A model generated the notes under the pieces. It was not told the origin of the DNA, did no database searches, and worked only from the letters and a program-made list of their open reading frames with translations. A stretch of DNA of 57,921 nt from a virus. Taxonomy: Duplodnaviria > Caudoviricetes. The stretch spans positions 1-57,921 of the IMG/VR virus record IMGVR_UViG_3300049172_000141, one strand, 5' to 3'. Positions within the stretch are counted from its first letter, which is position 1; each line of letters starts with the position of its first letter. The position numbers and the translations under genes were made by a program. Of this stretch, positions 27,223 through 36,965 are shown piece after piece.

Positions 27223-28418
27223 CTTGAGCCTCCCGTGTAGGCGGCCCTCCAGCGGCCGGAGACGAGCACGGTCGGGGCACCGACCTTGGGCCGCTGCTGG
27301 ACACCCAGGTCCAGAGAGCGGGCGTCATTACGGCCGACCACGACCGTTGTGGTGTACGTCGACTTCTGCGGATACAGGTGGTTGATCGCCAGCTTGTGGA
27401 CAGCGGAACGCACCATCCACAGCCCTTCGTTGGCGTCGCCCAGGCCGGCACCGCGCAGTTCGACGAGGGCGCCCGGCTTGAGCCTGGGGTCGCCGTTGGT
27501 GACGGCTCGGGCTTCCACCCACAGCCAGTCGGCCTCGGCACCGAGCAGCCGCTGAGACTGCGCGTAGGAGTCGGCCGGACGGGTGTTGTACTGGGAGGTG
27601 AGCATGGGAGTTACCGCGTCGCCCTGCACGGTGGTCCGCGGCTGCGCGTAGGTGCTCTCGGTCAGCACCGTGCTGGTCCGGTTGTAGGCGACGGTTTCGT
27701 ACCGGGCCCGCAGGCCGCCGGCTGGGTCGGTGTCACCGAGGACGGCAGTGAACTCGCGGATGCTGTCGATGACGCCCGGGGCCTTCCGCTGGTAGAAGAC
27801 TGGCCAGGTGCCGTCCGGCGACTGCATCACGGTGCCGCGGCTCACGAACCACAGGCTGGTGTTGTCGCAGTACAGGCGGTATCCGGTCCGGTCGGCCAGG
27901 TCGTTGAGGTATTGCCAGTCGCTGCTTGCCTGAGTGCTCTGCTCGACGACGTGCGCCGTGGCGTCCACGCGGGGCTGAAGGTTGTACTCCTGGGCGATCT
28001 GCCGGGCTGCGGCGGAGGGCGTTGTGCCGCGCCATGTTCTGTTGCGCCGGGTCTGCATCGGCATGCTGGCCCCGGTCAGCGTGTAGACCACCGGAACCTG
28101 CACGGCGTAGCCGTACCGGGGGTCGGTCTCATTGGCCACGACGCGGGAGGACGCGACGTAGCCGTACCAGTCGGCGGAATCGTCCGCGTACCAGCCGTAC
28201 TGCAAGTGCACGGGGGTGTTCTCGGCCCACACCGAGCCGGCCGGTGTCCGCCACTGCTGTGCGGGAAAGGCGGGGTTGTAGGTGTGCATGACGGTCAGCT
28301 CGGCGACCTGGTGGGCACCCTCGGCCTGGTAAATCTCGACGCTTGACAGCCAGGCGCCCTTTTCCAGTGCGGGACGCCGGGCGCGCAGATGGGGCCGGTA
28401 GACCCTACGCCACGCCAC
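27219..28418 (-). CDS. Baseplate hub (gp27/GPD/VgrG-like)
   Basis: QASSDWQYLNDLADRTGY; GDPRLKPGALV; position in baseplate operon; start approximate. Confidence 0.8.
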   Translation of the reverse strand: MAWRRVYRPHLRARRPALEKGAWLSSVEIYQAEGAHQVAELTVMHTYNPAFPAQQWRTPAGSVWAENTPVHLQYGWYADDSADWYGYVASSRVVANETDPRYGYAVQVPVVYTLTGASMPMQTRRNRTWRGTTPSAAARQIAQEYNLQPRVDATAHVVEQSTQASSDWQYLNDLADRTGYRLYCDNTSLWFVSRGTVMQSPDGTWPVFYQRKAPGVIDSIREFTAVLGDTDPAGGLRARYETVAYNRTSTVLTESTYAQPRTTVQGDAVTPMLTSQYNTRPADSYAQSQRLLGAEADWLWVEARAVTNGDPRLKPGALVELRGAGLGDANEGLWMVRSAVHKLAINHLYPQKSTYTTTVVVGRNDARSLDLGVQQRPKVGAPTVLVSGRWRAAYTGGSR

Positions 28419-28689
28419 GGGGCACCATGATCTGCTGTCCGGGCGGAACCTGGGTCCAGTCCAGGATCTGCATGTTGGCCTCGGCGTACATCCACCAGCT
28501 CGACTCCGAGCCGTAGTAGCGGGATGCGACGTCGTCGACCCGGTCGCCCGCGCGCCACCGGTAGTCCGAGACCCGCAAGGTCTGTTCGGCGGGCCGGCGG
28601 GGCATGACCGCGAGCTGGAGTTTGCCGTTACGGTCGGCGACCAGGGCGGTTTCGTTGCGCTGGTAGCGGCTGGTGATGTCGATGGCCAT
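28405..28689 (-). CDS. LysM / tail X-like baseplate protein
   Basis: GDRVDDVASRYYG...WWMYAEAN...PGQQIMVP. Confidence 0.85.
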   Translation of the reverse strand: MAIDITSRYQRNETALVADRNGKLQLAVMPRRPAEQTLRVSDYRWRAGDRVDDVASRYYGSESSWWMYAEANMQILDWTQVPPGQQIMVPRGVA

Positions 28690-28699
28690 GGATTCCTCC

Positions 28700-29419
28700 T
28701 CACACCCATCCGGCCGTGCTCATGAGCTGCATGGAAATGCTCACCGCGCAGCGCACTGGCGTCATACGCCGCGAGAAATGCGTGTACGTGATGTTGATGC
28801 TGCTGACGTAGCCGAAGTACTCCATACGGCTCAGGCCGGGTAGCTTGTCCCGCATGGCGGTGCGGGCCTGCCCGAAGCGGCACCAAACGGGGTTCATCTG
28901 CATGATCCCGATGACGGCGTTGGCATCCACAGAAGATTCCGACGTGCCTTCCGCACCCTGATTCCAGACGACCTGCTGGGCGTTGATGCCAACCAGGTTG
29001 TACAGCACGTGAATGTCCGCCATGACACCGTAAGTGCCTTCGATGGTGCTGAACTGCTTCGGGTCAGACATCTCGTAGCTACGGTCAAACAGCAGAGAGA
29101 ATTGCAGCGTTCCGCCAGCAGCGACGAGCGGCGTGCCGGAGTCTTGGTCCGATCGCGTATACGCGGGCATCACCTGGTTCGCCGCGTCGATTCCATGGCT
29201 CACCTGCACAGTGCTCGGGTTGTACAGGAAGTTGAGCATGTAGAAGCGGCCGGACTTCCCCTTCGGGAATGCCGTGACCATGTACCCCCGCGCGAGGCCG
29301 TAGCTGTCCCCGCCGTCACCGGAGACGTACGTCGGGATCGACTGGATACGCGGGTCGAAGGTGTTGTCGTAGATGCCCTTGCCGGGAAGCTGAGACGTTT
29401 CCTTCTTCTTGTCCGCCAT
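28700..29419 (-). CDS. Tube initiator / CIS tube-like baseplate protein
   Basis: FLYNPSTV, LQFSLLFDRS, GYVSSINITYTHF...PVRC. Confidence 0.75.
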   Translation of the reverse strand: MADKKKETSQLPGKGIYDNTFDPRIQSIPTYVSGDGGDSYGLARGYMVTAFPKGKSGRFYMLNFLYNPSTVQVSHGIDAANQVMPAYTRSDQDSGTPLVAAGGTLQFSLLFDRSYEMSDPKQFSTIEGTYGVMADIHVLYNLVGINAQQVVWNQGAEGTSESSVDANAVIGIMQMNPVWCRFGQARTAMRDKLPGLSRMEYFGYVSSINITYTHFSRRMTPVRCAVSISMQLMSTAGWV

Positions 29420-32379
29420 CACCAGCCTCCCATCAGCGACTTGATCCGGTCGTCGGCCGCGATGTGGGTAACGAAAGCCTGGGCAGCGCTCTTGGCGCCT
29501 TCCGCCGTGGCGGTGGGCATCTGGACGACGACACTGCCTGCGCCGAACTGGAGGGTGACGGAACCCGTAGAGCCGGCGGAATCGGATCCCTGCCCCGGAG
29601 AGGGCGTCAGGCCCTGGTTGAGGAGGGCCTGACGGACGGTATGAGCAGCATTCCGCTCCAACACCATTTCGCCGCCGTGGAGTTTGGCGTCGACCCCCTC
29701 GCCCGGCTGCCCGGGAACTTCCCACGCGCCGCCCGCGTACCAGTGGGGGTTCTTGGAGTTCCAGAAGTTCCACGCCTTCTGTGGGGTGCCGTACCGGCCC
29801 TTGATGTATTTCAGACCCCAAGCGATCTGCTTTTTAGGAGAGTTGCGCCACGCTTCGGTCGCTGTTTCCTTGTGGATGTTGCTCATCGCCTGCGGGATTC
29901 CGTAGGCGTCGGAGGTGGGGTTGTCGGCCCAGTGCCTCCACCCGGATTCGCCCATCCACAGCTTGTACAGGGCGGTCCAGTTCCCGCCTGTCCAGCCGTA
30001 TTCGGCCGCCATTTTCTTGCCCAGCGCCACGTTGGCCTTGACGTTGCGCGGCGCGTCCTTTCCCGCGTCGCTGTCGCCCTCGTCGCTCTCCGACTCCTCG
30101 TTCTGGGTGGCAGACGGGGTGCGGCTGACGGCCTGGGCACTGCCTGCGCCGCCGGAGAGGGCTGCTGCGAGGGCATCGACCTCCTCGACGGAGCCGTAGG
30201 CGCCCGAGACGCTCAGGCCGTCGGACGATCCGCCGTGGTCTGTTGTGGGGTCCTTCTGGTCTCCGGACAGGCTCTCGGTGGCCGCCACGCCGCCGGACAT
30301 GACCCTGCGGGCTCGCGTGAACTTGCTGTACATCGGGCCTTCGACCACGCCGCGCCCCGGATTCGCGGCCTCGATGACCTTGCCGTCGCCGGCGTACAGA
30401 CCGACGTGACTGATGTCCTTGTAGAACACCAGGTCGCCGGGCCGGACTTCGTCGATGGGGACCTCGACGCCGGACTTGATCTGGTCGTAGGTGACGCGGG
30501 GCAGTTTGACGCCGGCCTTCTCGAAGGCGTGCTGCATGAGGCTGGAGCAGTCCCAGGCGTCCGGGCCGTTGGCGCCCAGGATGTACCGGTCGCCGACCTG
30601 GGCGCGGGCGAAGCCAATGGCCTTGGAGACACTGCCTCCTGGCAGGCCGGTCTTGTCGCCCTTCTTCTTTTTCTTGTCCTGCTTGGACTCCGGCGTGCCG
30701 CTGTCGCCGCCGAAAAGGCCGGTAAAGCCCTTCCAAGCGCTTTTGGCCCAGGAAGACTGGTCGGTGCCCTCTCCCCAGTCACCGAAGAAGATGTTCGGGC
30801 CGGAATTCCAGCCCTCTTGGAAGCCCGACTTCCCACCCGTCCCGGCGTCCTTGAGGCGCGAGACGGTGCCTCCAACGGGTCCGCCAGCCTTGTAGGCGCC
30901 CGTCAGGCCGCCCGTCCAGTCGGCGAAGGGCTCCAGCGCCTTTTGCAGCAGCTTGTGGATGTCGACGAGGGTGTTGGCCGACAGCTTCGCCGCGTCGAGG
31001 AAGGAAGCCGACGCAGGCAGATGCCCTTCCCGGGTCAGGCCCTGGAGGTAGCGCTGGGAGTCCTGGTAGGAGTCGCCGACGCTCGGGGCGTACCTCTTGA
31101 TCCGCTCGCGAGCCTGATCGCCTTCCTTGTCCCTGCGACCAGCGGCCTCGATCGTCTCCAGGGCCTCTTCCTGGGACATGCCCTGAAGGCCGCTCTTTTT
31201 GGCGGGGTTCATCAGGTCGCGCAGCAGCTCGGTTTGATTGCGCAGCGCCTCCACGCTCTGGCCTGAAAGCCCGGCAGATCTGGCGTAGTTGGCCATGGAC
31301 ATCGACAGGGAGCCGCCCTGGGCGAGCTGCGCCTGGAGCTGACTGCCAGTGAGACCGGCGAAGTTGCCGTTGTTCACGCGCTGGGCGAGGCTCAGCGCCA
31401 TGGCAGCGGGAGAGTTCTGCACCCCGCCGGCGAAGCGGGTCGGGGCGAGGCCGAACATCTGCGAGGCGTAGAACGCCTGGCCAGTGCCCAGTTCCTGTTG
31501 CATCTGGGCGGCGCCCTGAATGCCCAGACCGGGAGTGATGAACGCACCGGCAGCCGCACGTCGCGACTGGGTGGCGTACTGGTTGAGTGGGGACTGCTGG
31601 AGGATCGCGGCCTGGCCACCGAACACGTCCTCGTTGGACGTGCCCCACATGATGGTGCCGTAACGCTTCATCTCGCGGCCGTAATCGCGAGCGCGAGTGC
31701 CGGCGGTACCGCCAAATTCGGGCCGCAACAGCGACACGCGCCGCTCGTACTGGCCGAGCTGCTCTTCGAAGCCGCCGCTGAAGTAAGAGCGGGCGGCGCC
31801 GACGATGGCTCCGCCGACCTGGCCGGCCATCGCGATGCGGTTCATGGTGGTCTGCGTGCTCTGCTGGCGGCGCAGCCGGTCCATGTCGGCGTACATGTTC
31901 GCCATGGCCGCGGTGTGCTGGTTCTCCGTCTGCTGCCACTCGCGACGCGTACGGGCCTGGTTGCTTGCGAAGAGGATGCCCTGCTCGTCGAGGAGGTCTT
32001 GCGCCTCCTGACGGCGCCAGGCCGGCAGACGCATGTTGTTCGCGTTGCGTGTGCCGACGCGCAACTGTCGGTCCCACTGGAGCTGTTGGCGTTCCAGCTC
32101 GTCTTGCATGCGCTGCCGGGCGATGTTGTGGGCGTCGTAGCCCTGGCTGTAGCGCTGCTGGAGTCGGCCGAGCTGATCCCCGGTGCGCTGCCCCTGGCCG
32201 GCGTTGGTTGCCTGCCAGCCCATCGTGGACAGGCCGGCCGTGCTCGCGAACCTGTTGGTAAAAGTCGTAAAGGCCCTCGTGAGCGCGTCGATTTGACCGC
32301 CGAGGTTGTTGGTGCCGAGGAGGCCGCCTGCGCCGGGGTTCGGCGTCGGTGGGCCGGGCGGCGGTGGTGGAGTGCCCAC
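29419..32379 (-). CDS. Tape-measure-like protein with NlpC/P60 peptidase and lytic transglycosylase domains
   Basis: GPDAWDCSSL...PGDLVFY...HVGLY; ESGWRHWADNPTSDAYGIPQA; LHGGEMVL. Confidence 0.85.
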   Translation of the reverse strand: MGTPPPPPGPPTPNPGAGGLLGTNNLGGQIDALTRAFTTFTNRFASTAGLSTMGWQATNAGQGQRTGDQLGRLQQRYSQGYDAHNIARQRMQDELERQQLQWDRQLRVGTRNANNMRLPAWRRQEAQDLLDEQGILFASNQARTRREWQQTENQHTAAMANMYADMDRLRRQQSTQTTMNRIAMAGQVGGAIVGAARSYFSGGFEEQLGQYERRVSLLRPEFGGTAGTRARDYGREMKRYGTIMWGTSNEDVFGGQAAILQQSPLNQYATQSRRAAAGAFITPGLGIQGAAQMQQELGTGQAFYASQMFGLAPTRFAGGVQNSPAAMALSLAQRVNNGNFAGLTGSQLQAQLAQGGSLSMSMANYARSAGLSGQSVEALRNQTELLRDLMNPAKKSGLQGMSQEEALETIEAAGRRDKEGDQARERIKRYAPSVGDSYQDSQRYLQGLTREGHLPASASFLDAAKLSANTLVDIHKLLQKALEPFADWTGGLTGAYKAGGPVGGTVSRLKDAGTGGKSGFQEGWNSGPNIFFGDWGEGTDQSSWAKSAWKGFTGLFGGDSGTPESKQDKKKKKGDKTGLPGGSVSKAIGFARAQVGDRYILGANGPDAWDCSSLMQHAFEKAGVKLPRVTYDQIKSGVEVPIDEVRPGDLVFYKDISHVGLYAGDGKVIEAANPGRGVVEGPMYSKFTRARRVMSGGVAATESLSGDQKDPTTDHGGSSDGLSVSGAYGSVEEVDALAAALSGGAGSAQAVSRTPSATQNEESESDEGDSDAGKDAPRNVKANVALGKKMAAEYGWTGGNWTALYKLWMGESGWRHWADNPTSDAYGIPQAMSNIHKETATEAWRNSPKKQIAWGLKYIKGRYGTPQKAWNFWNSKNPHWYAGGAWEVPGQPGEGVDAKLHGGEMVLERNAAHTVRQALLNQGLTPSPGQGSDSAGSTGSVTLQFGAGSVVVQMPTATAEGAKSAAQAFVTHIAADDRIKSLMGGW

Positions 32380-32535
32380 TTACTTCCTCCTTTCGACCTC
32401 CCAGGCGGCGCACATCACCCAGTGGTGGCGCTCACGAATGGAAAGGGACTTGATCTCGCTCAATGACCAGCCGGAATGGAACCGGGCGAGGATTTCGACC
32501 TCGGAGAAGGAGCGCTGGTAGTCACAGTCCGCGAA
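32380..32535 (-). CDS. Tail-assembly chaperone frameshift extension (DUF6760-like)
   Basis: No own start; FHSGWSLSEIKSLSIRERHHWV in the +1 frame of the upstream gene. Confidence 0.65.
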   Translation of the reverse strand, partial: FADCDYQRSFSEVEILARFHSGWSLSEIKSLSIRERHHWVMCAAWEVERRK

Positions 32536-33382
32536 ACAGGACCGCCAGCGAGATCGGCAACGGGACCTCCTCTCCGCACGTCTCGTGCGTGAAGGAGAAG
32601 TCGGCGAAGCGCGGCCCGGGTTGGGTGTCGGTGAGGAACTGGAGGATCTTCTGCCGGTCCGCCATGGCGATCGTCTGGGCCGGCGGCCGGCGCACTTCGC
32701 TGCCGTCGGGCTGGACCATGCGCACGACGCAGCGGGTGAGGATCTCGCTGTCCTGCCGGGCCCGGTTGTTCTTGACGCCGAAAACGGCTTCCTGGTCCTG
32801 GCCGGTGGGCAGGCGCACGAGGGCCATGGCGCCCTTGCGCAGCGGTACTTCGTACTCGGTGCGCTCTGGGTCGTCCAGGTGGACGAAGGGGATGGCATCG
32901 AGCGGCACCGTGAGGTCGACCAGCTCGTCACAGTGCGGGCAAGGAAGGCGCTCGAATTCCAAGACGTCGCCGAACGTCGCTCGGCGAATGGCCATGACGA
33001 GCAGCTCGCGGTCGCCGATGAGCAGCTCCCCGGCCAGCTTCCGAGTCATGGGCTCGCCGCCGATGCTCACCACGCCGCGCACCAGAAGCGTCTCGAAGAC
33101 CTTGTAGGGGACGTTGCCAGCGCCGGCCGCAGCGATGGCTTCCTCGTCGTAGCCGTTGAGTTCACGCACTTCCGCGTCGCGGTGCCAGACGCCGTCCCGG
33201 CAGATGCCGCGTTCGAGAGTGACCTGATTTTCCCCGGGATTGCCGATGGTGGGCCGACCGGAGTCGCGGTCGTCCTTGAGGACGGCCTGCGTCGCGGCGG
33301 TTGCCTCTTCGGGGTTCTCCAGACCGCTGATGGTCTGGCTCCCGAAGTTCTCGAAATCGGGGAGCGTAATGGGCTCGGTCAT
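32522..33382 (-). CDS. Tail assembly chaperone / gp26-like protein
   Basis: RELNGYDEE, GDRELL, CPHC, RLPTGQDQ; lies between tube and tape measure. Confidence 0.75.
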   Translation of the reverse strand: MTEPITLPDFENFGSQTISGLENPEEATAATQAVLKDDRDSGRPTIGNPGENQVTLERGICRDGVWHRDAEVRELNGYDEEAIAAAGAGNVPYKVFETLLVRGVVSIGGEPMTRKLAGELLIGDRELLVMAIRRATFGDVLEFERLPCPHCDELVDLTVPLDAIPFVHLDDPERTEYEVPLRKGAMALVRLPTGQDQEAVFGVKNNRARQDSEILTRCVVRMVQPDGSEVRRPPAQTIAMADRQKILQFLTDTQPGPRFADFSFTHETCGEEVPLPISLAVLFRGL

Positions 33383-33408
33383 GTGTCGTCCTTCGAGTAG
33401 CGAGTGAA

Positions 33409-33993
33409 TTACGGCAGCGAAATGCCCGAGCCAGGCCCGTACTTGTTCGCGATCTTGAAATCCCAGCCCTCGTGGGCAAGGGTGATCTGCTGGAGTTCGA
33501 TTCCGTTCGCGCCAGCGTCCAGGTCGCCGAATGCAATGGAAGTGGGCCAGCAGTTGTAGACCCGCCAACCGGCCTTGTAGTAGACCGTCTTGGTGGTTAC
33601 GGGGTGGTCCAGCAGGTAAATGTCCATGGTGGCGCGGAAATTGCGGCTTCCGTCATTTCCACCGGTCCCCTGCATGACCATGAAGAGCTGCTTGAGCCAG
33701 GCGTAGATGTCGGAGTCACCCGGGATCAGGCCCCTTGAAAGGGTGATGGGCGCGAAGTCGCTCTGCCCTGGCATCTTCTGAGTTGTTGTGTTATGTCCGC
33801 CTTGCCTATAAACCACCACGTCTGTGGTGATACTCAGGCCGCTGACGCTCATGAATCCGAGCTGGTTGGACCTCTTGGAGCTGTCGAGCGTCGAGTTCGC
33901 CAGGTGGATCTGTACCTGGAACTTGAAGTTCCTCAGTGGGTCCGTCTGGAGCTGGGCGAGCGACGGCTTCTGCGTCGTGCTCGTGGTCGCCAC
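33409..33993 (-). CDS. Tail tube protein (T4 gp19 family)
   Basis: DPLRNFKF, GFMSVSGL, YRQGG, KMPG...ITLSRG, NCWP, LAHEG. Confidence 0.93.
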   Translation of the reverse strand: MATTSTTQKPSLAQLQTDPLRNFKFQVQIHLANSTLDSSKRSNQLGFMSVSGLSITTDVVVYRQGGHNTTTQKMPGQSDFAPITLSRGLIPGDSDIYAWLKQLFMVMQGTGGNDGSRNFRATMDIYLLDHPVTTKTVYYKAGWRVYNCWPTSIAFGDLDAGANGIELQQITLAHEGWDFKIANKYGPGSGISLP

Positions 33994-33999
33994 GGTTCA

Positions 34000-34050
34000 C
34001 CTCTCATTTCCCTGTTCGAAGGGGCCGCCGGAATGAGCAGAAATGAGAGG
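34000..34050 (-). promoter_or_regulatory. RBS-sequestering hairpin upstream of tail tube
   Basis: Perfect 11-bp CCTCTCATTTC / GAAATGAGAGG; 3' arm contains the SD. Confidence 0.65.
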
Positions 34051-34068
34051 CGGGTCAGTCTGCGGACG

Positions 34069-36069
34069 TCAGATGGTCGTGGTCTCCTGCGTGGAATCCG
34101 TCACCGAAGCGACTCCGCCCTGATGCTGCGAGATCTCGATGATGATGAATTCCGCCGGGCTGGACAGCGCCACCCCGACCGCGATGTGGATTTCGCCCAG
34201 GGCCACTGTCTGCGCCGTGTTATTCGTCTCGTCGCAGACGACGAAGAACGCCTCGTCGGGAAGGCTGGACTGGAGCTGGCCGGCCTGGGTGAGCGTCATG
34301 AGCTGCTGCTGCACCAGGGCGGAAAGCGTCGACCACAACTCGGGGCCATTCGGCTCGAAAATGGCGAAACGGGTGACGTCCTCAAGCAGGTTCGAAATGT
34401 AGATGAGCATGCGCCGGACGGAGATGTAGCGGTCGGGCATCCCCTGCTTCAGTGTGCGGGCGCCCATGATGCAGTGCCCGCTCTGCGGCACCGGCCGGAT
34501 GACATTCACGCCGCTGTCGTTGAGGGCGTCGAGCTGCTCCAGTGTGAACAGATGCTCCACCCCGACCGAGCCGACGAGGCCGTAGGCGGTACCGGCCGGG
34601 GACCGGTTGGGCCCTACCGCGGCGTCGGCCTGGCTGAACTGGCCCATGACCGCGCCGGCCGGCGGCAGCATGCGCGTGCTGGACACCGACGAGCCGGCCG
34701 GGTCCGCCACCTGAATCCACGGGCCGTACATGGCCGCGTAGGACGTCGCCGGCGCGTAACCCGAGGCGGTTTCCTGGTACTTGGTCGCCGCGGTGTTGGA
34801 GGCGATCGGGGCCGGCTGTCGGGGAGCGTCGAGCACCATGAACGCGCTGCGGCGGCTCTCCGTCCATGCCAGGGCCGCGTTGATCTGGGTGGCCGGCGGG
34901 ATGTGGTCGGTCATGCTCGTGTTCCCGCACAGGTTGACCAGCAGCACGTCCTCAACGCTGGCGAACTGGTCGCTGAGCTGCTGGGCGAGGTTGACGGCCT
35001 GGACGCCATCGGCGCCCGTGGACAGCGGGGCGTCCGTGACGTACTCGGGCAGCCACGATCCGTCCGGGGTAGCTCCTGTGCCTGGCGTCGCGGACGACGG
35101 CGGCAGGAGGTTGGTCAGGCGGATGTAGTTCGAGCCGTCCCGGGCGGAGTTGACCAGGCCCACGGCATAGCGGGGGTCGCCGGGGTTGAGGGAGAGATCC
35201 TGCCAGGTCTCGACGAGAGCGCCCTGATTCGTGCCGCCGTACTTGATGAACAAGTGGAAGCGGCCGGCGGTCCAGCTCGGCGCGGCAGTGACGTAGATGT
35301 TGTTGCCGTACTGACCGCGGCCGAGGGCCTCGACCTGGAGCGCATCGACCTCCGTGTACCCCTCGGCCGTGTCGAACGAAGCCGGGGAGTCCATCGGGTC
35401 GCCGGCAGTGGCGCCCTTGTACGGGGTGATCTGCACTTCGTACGTCGTGCCGGGGGCGAGGTCGGTGAAGGCCGCCTGGGGCTTGCCGCTCTCGGGCTGG
35501 GCCACCCAGACCTGCTGGTTGAAGCTGCCTTCGTCCGGCCGCGTAACCACCACTTCGTAGGCGTCCACCGAGGACAGCGGGGTGATGGCGTTCCATTCGA
35601 TCATGAACGCCGTCTGCTCCGGGTTGGCCGTCACCGGCGCGACCGGGGTGACGAGCTGCACGCCGGTTACCTTCGCCGACGGCTTCGTGCCTGCGCCCGT
35701 GGGGGCCGTGCCGTCCGGGGTGGCCGTGATGGTCTCCGCCGGTGGCAGCGGCTGGTTCTTCACCACCAGGCGCGCTGCGACGGAGTCCGTGGGCGTGGCC
35801 CGCAGAATCCACGCAGTCCGGCCGCCGTTCGCGAAGTAGGAGTAAACCTGGAACGGGAGGTAGTGCAGCCCGTTCCCGAATCCGCCGTAAAGGCTCATGA
35901 ACTGCTCCCAGCTCGTCACCTTCACAGGGGTGCTGGGACCGGCATTGTGCGTGCCGACGAACGTGGCCACTGCCACGCCGGGCGGACTGACCTGCTGCGG
36001 AAGCGGCTTGAGCGTCTCGGAGATGTACACCCCGGGACGCCGGTACGGGAAAGTGGTGGGCGTGGTCAT
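34069..36069 (-). CDS. Contractile tail sheath protein with fibronectin-III insertion
   Basis: YRRPGVYISE, YFANGG, GARTL, RYISVRR, FEPN, PAEFI; FN3 motif LAPGTTYEVQITP. Confidence 0.95.
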   Translation of the reverse strand: MTTPTTFPYRRPGVYISETLKPLPQQVSPPGVAVATFVGTHNAGPSTPVKVTSWEQFMSLYGGFGNGLHYLPFQVYSYFANGGRTAWILRATPTDSVAARLVVKNQPLPPAETITATPDGTAPTGAGTKPSAKVTGVQLVTPVAPVTANPEQTAFMIEWNAITPLSSVDAYEVVVTRPDEGSFNQQVWVAQPESGKPQAAFTDLAPGTTYEVQITPYKGATAGDPMDSPASFDTAEGYTEVDALQVEALGRGQYGNNIYVTAAPSWTAGRFHLFIKYGGTNQGALVETWQDLSLNPGDPRYAVGLVNSARDGSNYIRLTNLLPPSSATPGTGATPDGSWLPEYVTDAPLSTGADGVQAVNLAQQLSDQFASVEDVLLVNLCGNTSMTDHIPPATQINAALAWTESRRSAFMVLDAPRQPAPIASNTAATKYQETASGYAPATSYAAMYGPWIQVADPAGSSVSSTRMLPPAGAVMGQFSQADAAVGPNRSPAGTAYGLVGSVGVEHLFTLEQLDALNDSGVNVIRPVPQSGHCIMGARTLKQGMPDRYISVRRMLIYISNLLEDVTRFAIFEPNGPELWSTLSALVQQQLMTLTQAGQLQSSLPDEAFFVVCDETNNTAQTVALGEIHIAVGVALSSPAEFIIIEISQHQGGVASVTDSTQETTTI

Positions 36070-36743
36070 GCGGTATCAGCCTCCGAGGGGGTGACCACCT
36101 GTGGGGGGCCCAGCTCGACGGTGTGGCCCTCGTCGAAATAGCGCTTGTCGAGCCAACTGATGAGAATTCGCTGGGCTGGGGTGAGGGTGCGAATGTCGTC
36201 GAGGAAGAGTTCGCTGGAGACGCGGATCACCCAGGAGGCGATGAAAAGCCGCTTCCCCTGCTCGTCCTTCGACTCGCTGTATTCCGGCCCGCCGAGCAGG
36301 TCGAGCCGGCGTACGGTCCCGTCCTCACTGATGGGCAGGTAGCCGAAACGGGCGGGGAGGAATTGGAAGCCGGTGAGCGCGCCCGTCATCTCGATAAGAT
36401 GCGTCTCTTTCCGTGCGTACGCGTCGATCTGGTAGTCGACGTTCAACGGAATGGGCATCTGCGCCATGTACGGAGACTGTGTGGGGTCGGCCATATCCGC
36501 CCACGGCTCGTAAGTCTCCGGGGCGTAGTGGAGGTTCACCATGCCCCGGTGCTCCCGCTCCTCGTCCCTGGAGATTCGGGAATGGGAGATGAGGATCATC
36601 GGGTAGGTGGCGTCCGCCAACTCGTACTCGGGATTCCTGTACCGCACGGTGACCTTGCGGCCGGTACCGGAGGTGGCGTCATGCACCATGAGGCCCATGA
36701 GCTTCTGCTTCAGGGCCTTATCTTCGTTGAGAAGAAAGGGCAC
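36066..36743 (-). CDS. Tail terminator/completion protein
   Basis: Directly upstream of sheath; YPMI, PIPLNVDYQI. Confidence 0.6.
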   Translation of the reverse strand: MPFLLNEDKALKQKLMGLMVHDATSGTGRKVTVRYRNPEYELADATYPMILISHSRISRDEEREHRGMVNLHYAPETYEPWADMADPTQSPYMAQMPIPLNVDYQIDAYARKETHLIEMTGALTGFQFLPARFGYLPISEDGTVRRLDLLGGPEYSESKDEQGKRLFIASWVIRVSSELFLDDIRTLTPAQRILISWLDKRYFDEGHTVELGPPQVVTPSEADTA

Positions 36744-36823
36744 GTGGCACTCCGGTATGGGCGGTTGTGGATCGCCCCACCAGAATGCGTGCGCCTATTT
36801 GTGACCAGTTAATGGGCGCTGAC

Positions 36824-36910
36824 TCAGAAGATGCCGATGATCTTCAGGATGACCAGCACGAGAAGCACGATGAGCACCAGGCCCACGATCTGCGAAACAG
36901 TCATGGTCAT
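36824..36910 (-). CDS. 28-aa single-pass membrane peptide
   Basis: MTMTVSQIVGLVLIVLLVLVILKIIGIF with GAAGGG RBS. Confidence 0.5.
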   Translation of the reverse strand: MTMTVSQIVGLVLIVLLVLVILKIIGIF

Positions 36911-36924
36911 TTCCCTTCGGATGG

Positions 36925-36960
36925 ACCGGGCCTGCCGCCCCCGAGAACGGCAGGACCCGG
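36925..36960 (-). terminator. Stem-loop after 36966-37295
   Basis: ccggg-cctgccg / cggcagg-acccgg. Confidence 0.45.
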
Positions 36961-36965
36961 CGGTC

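Noticed and set aside
23522-36069. Canonical Streptomyces eCIS locus
   Set aside because: Linked capsid, portal, terminase and replication genes, and no Afp15-type AAA+ ATPase; this is a phage tail module.
33793-36141. Long plus-strand ORFs opposite structural genes (e.g. 33793-36141, 29464-31266, 42851-44629, 40652-42169)
   Set aside because: Antisense shadows of high-GC3 coding strands; no recognisable motifs.
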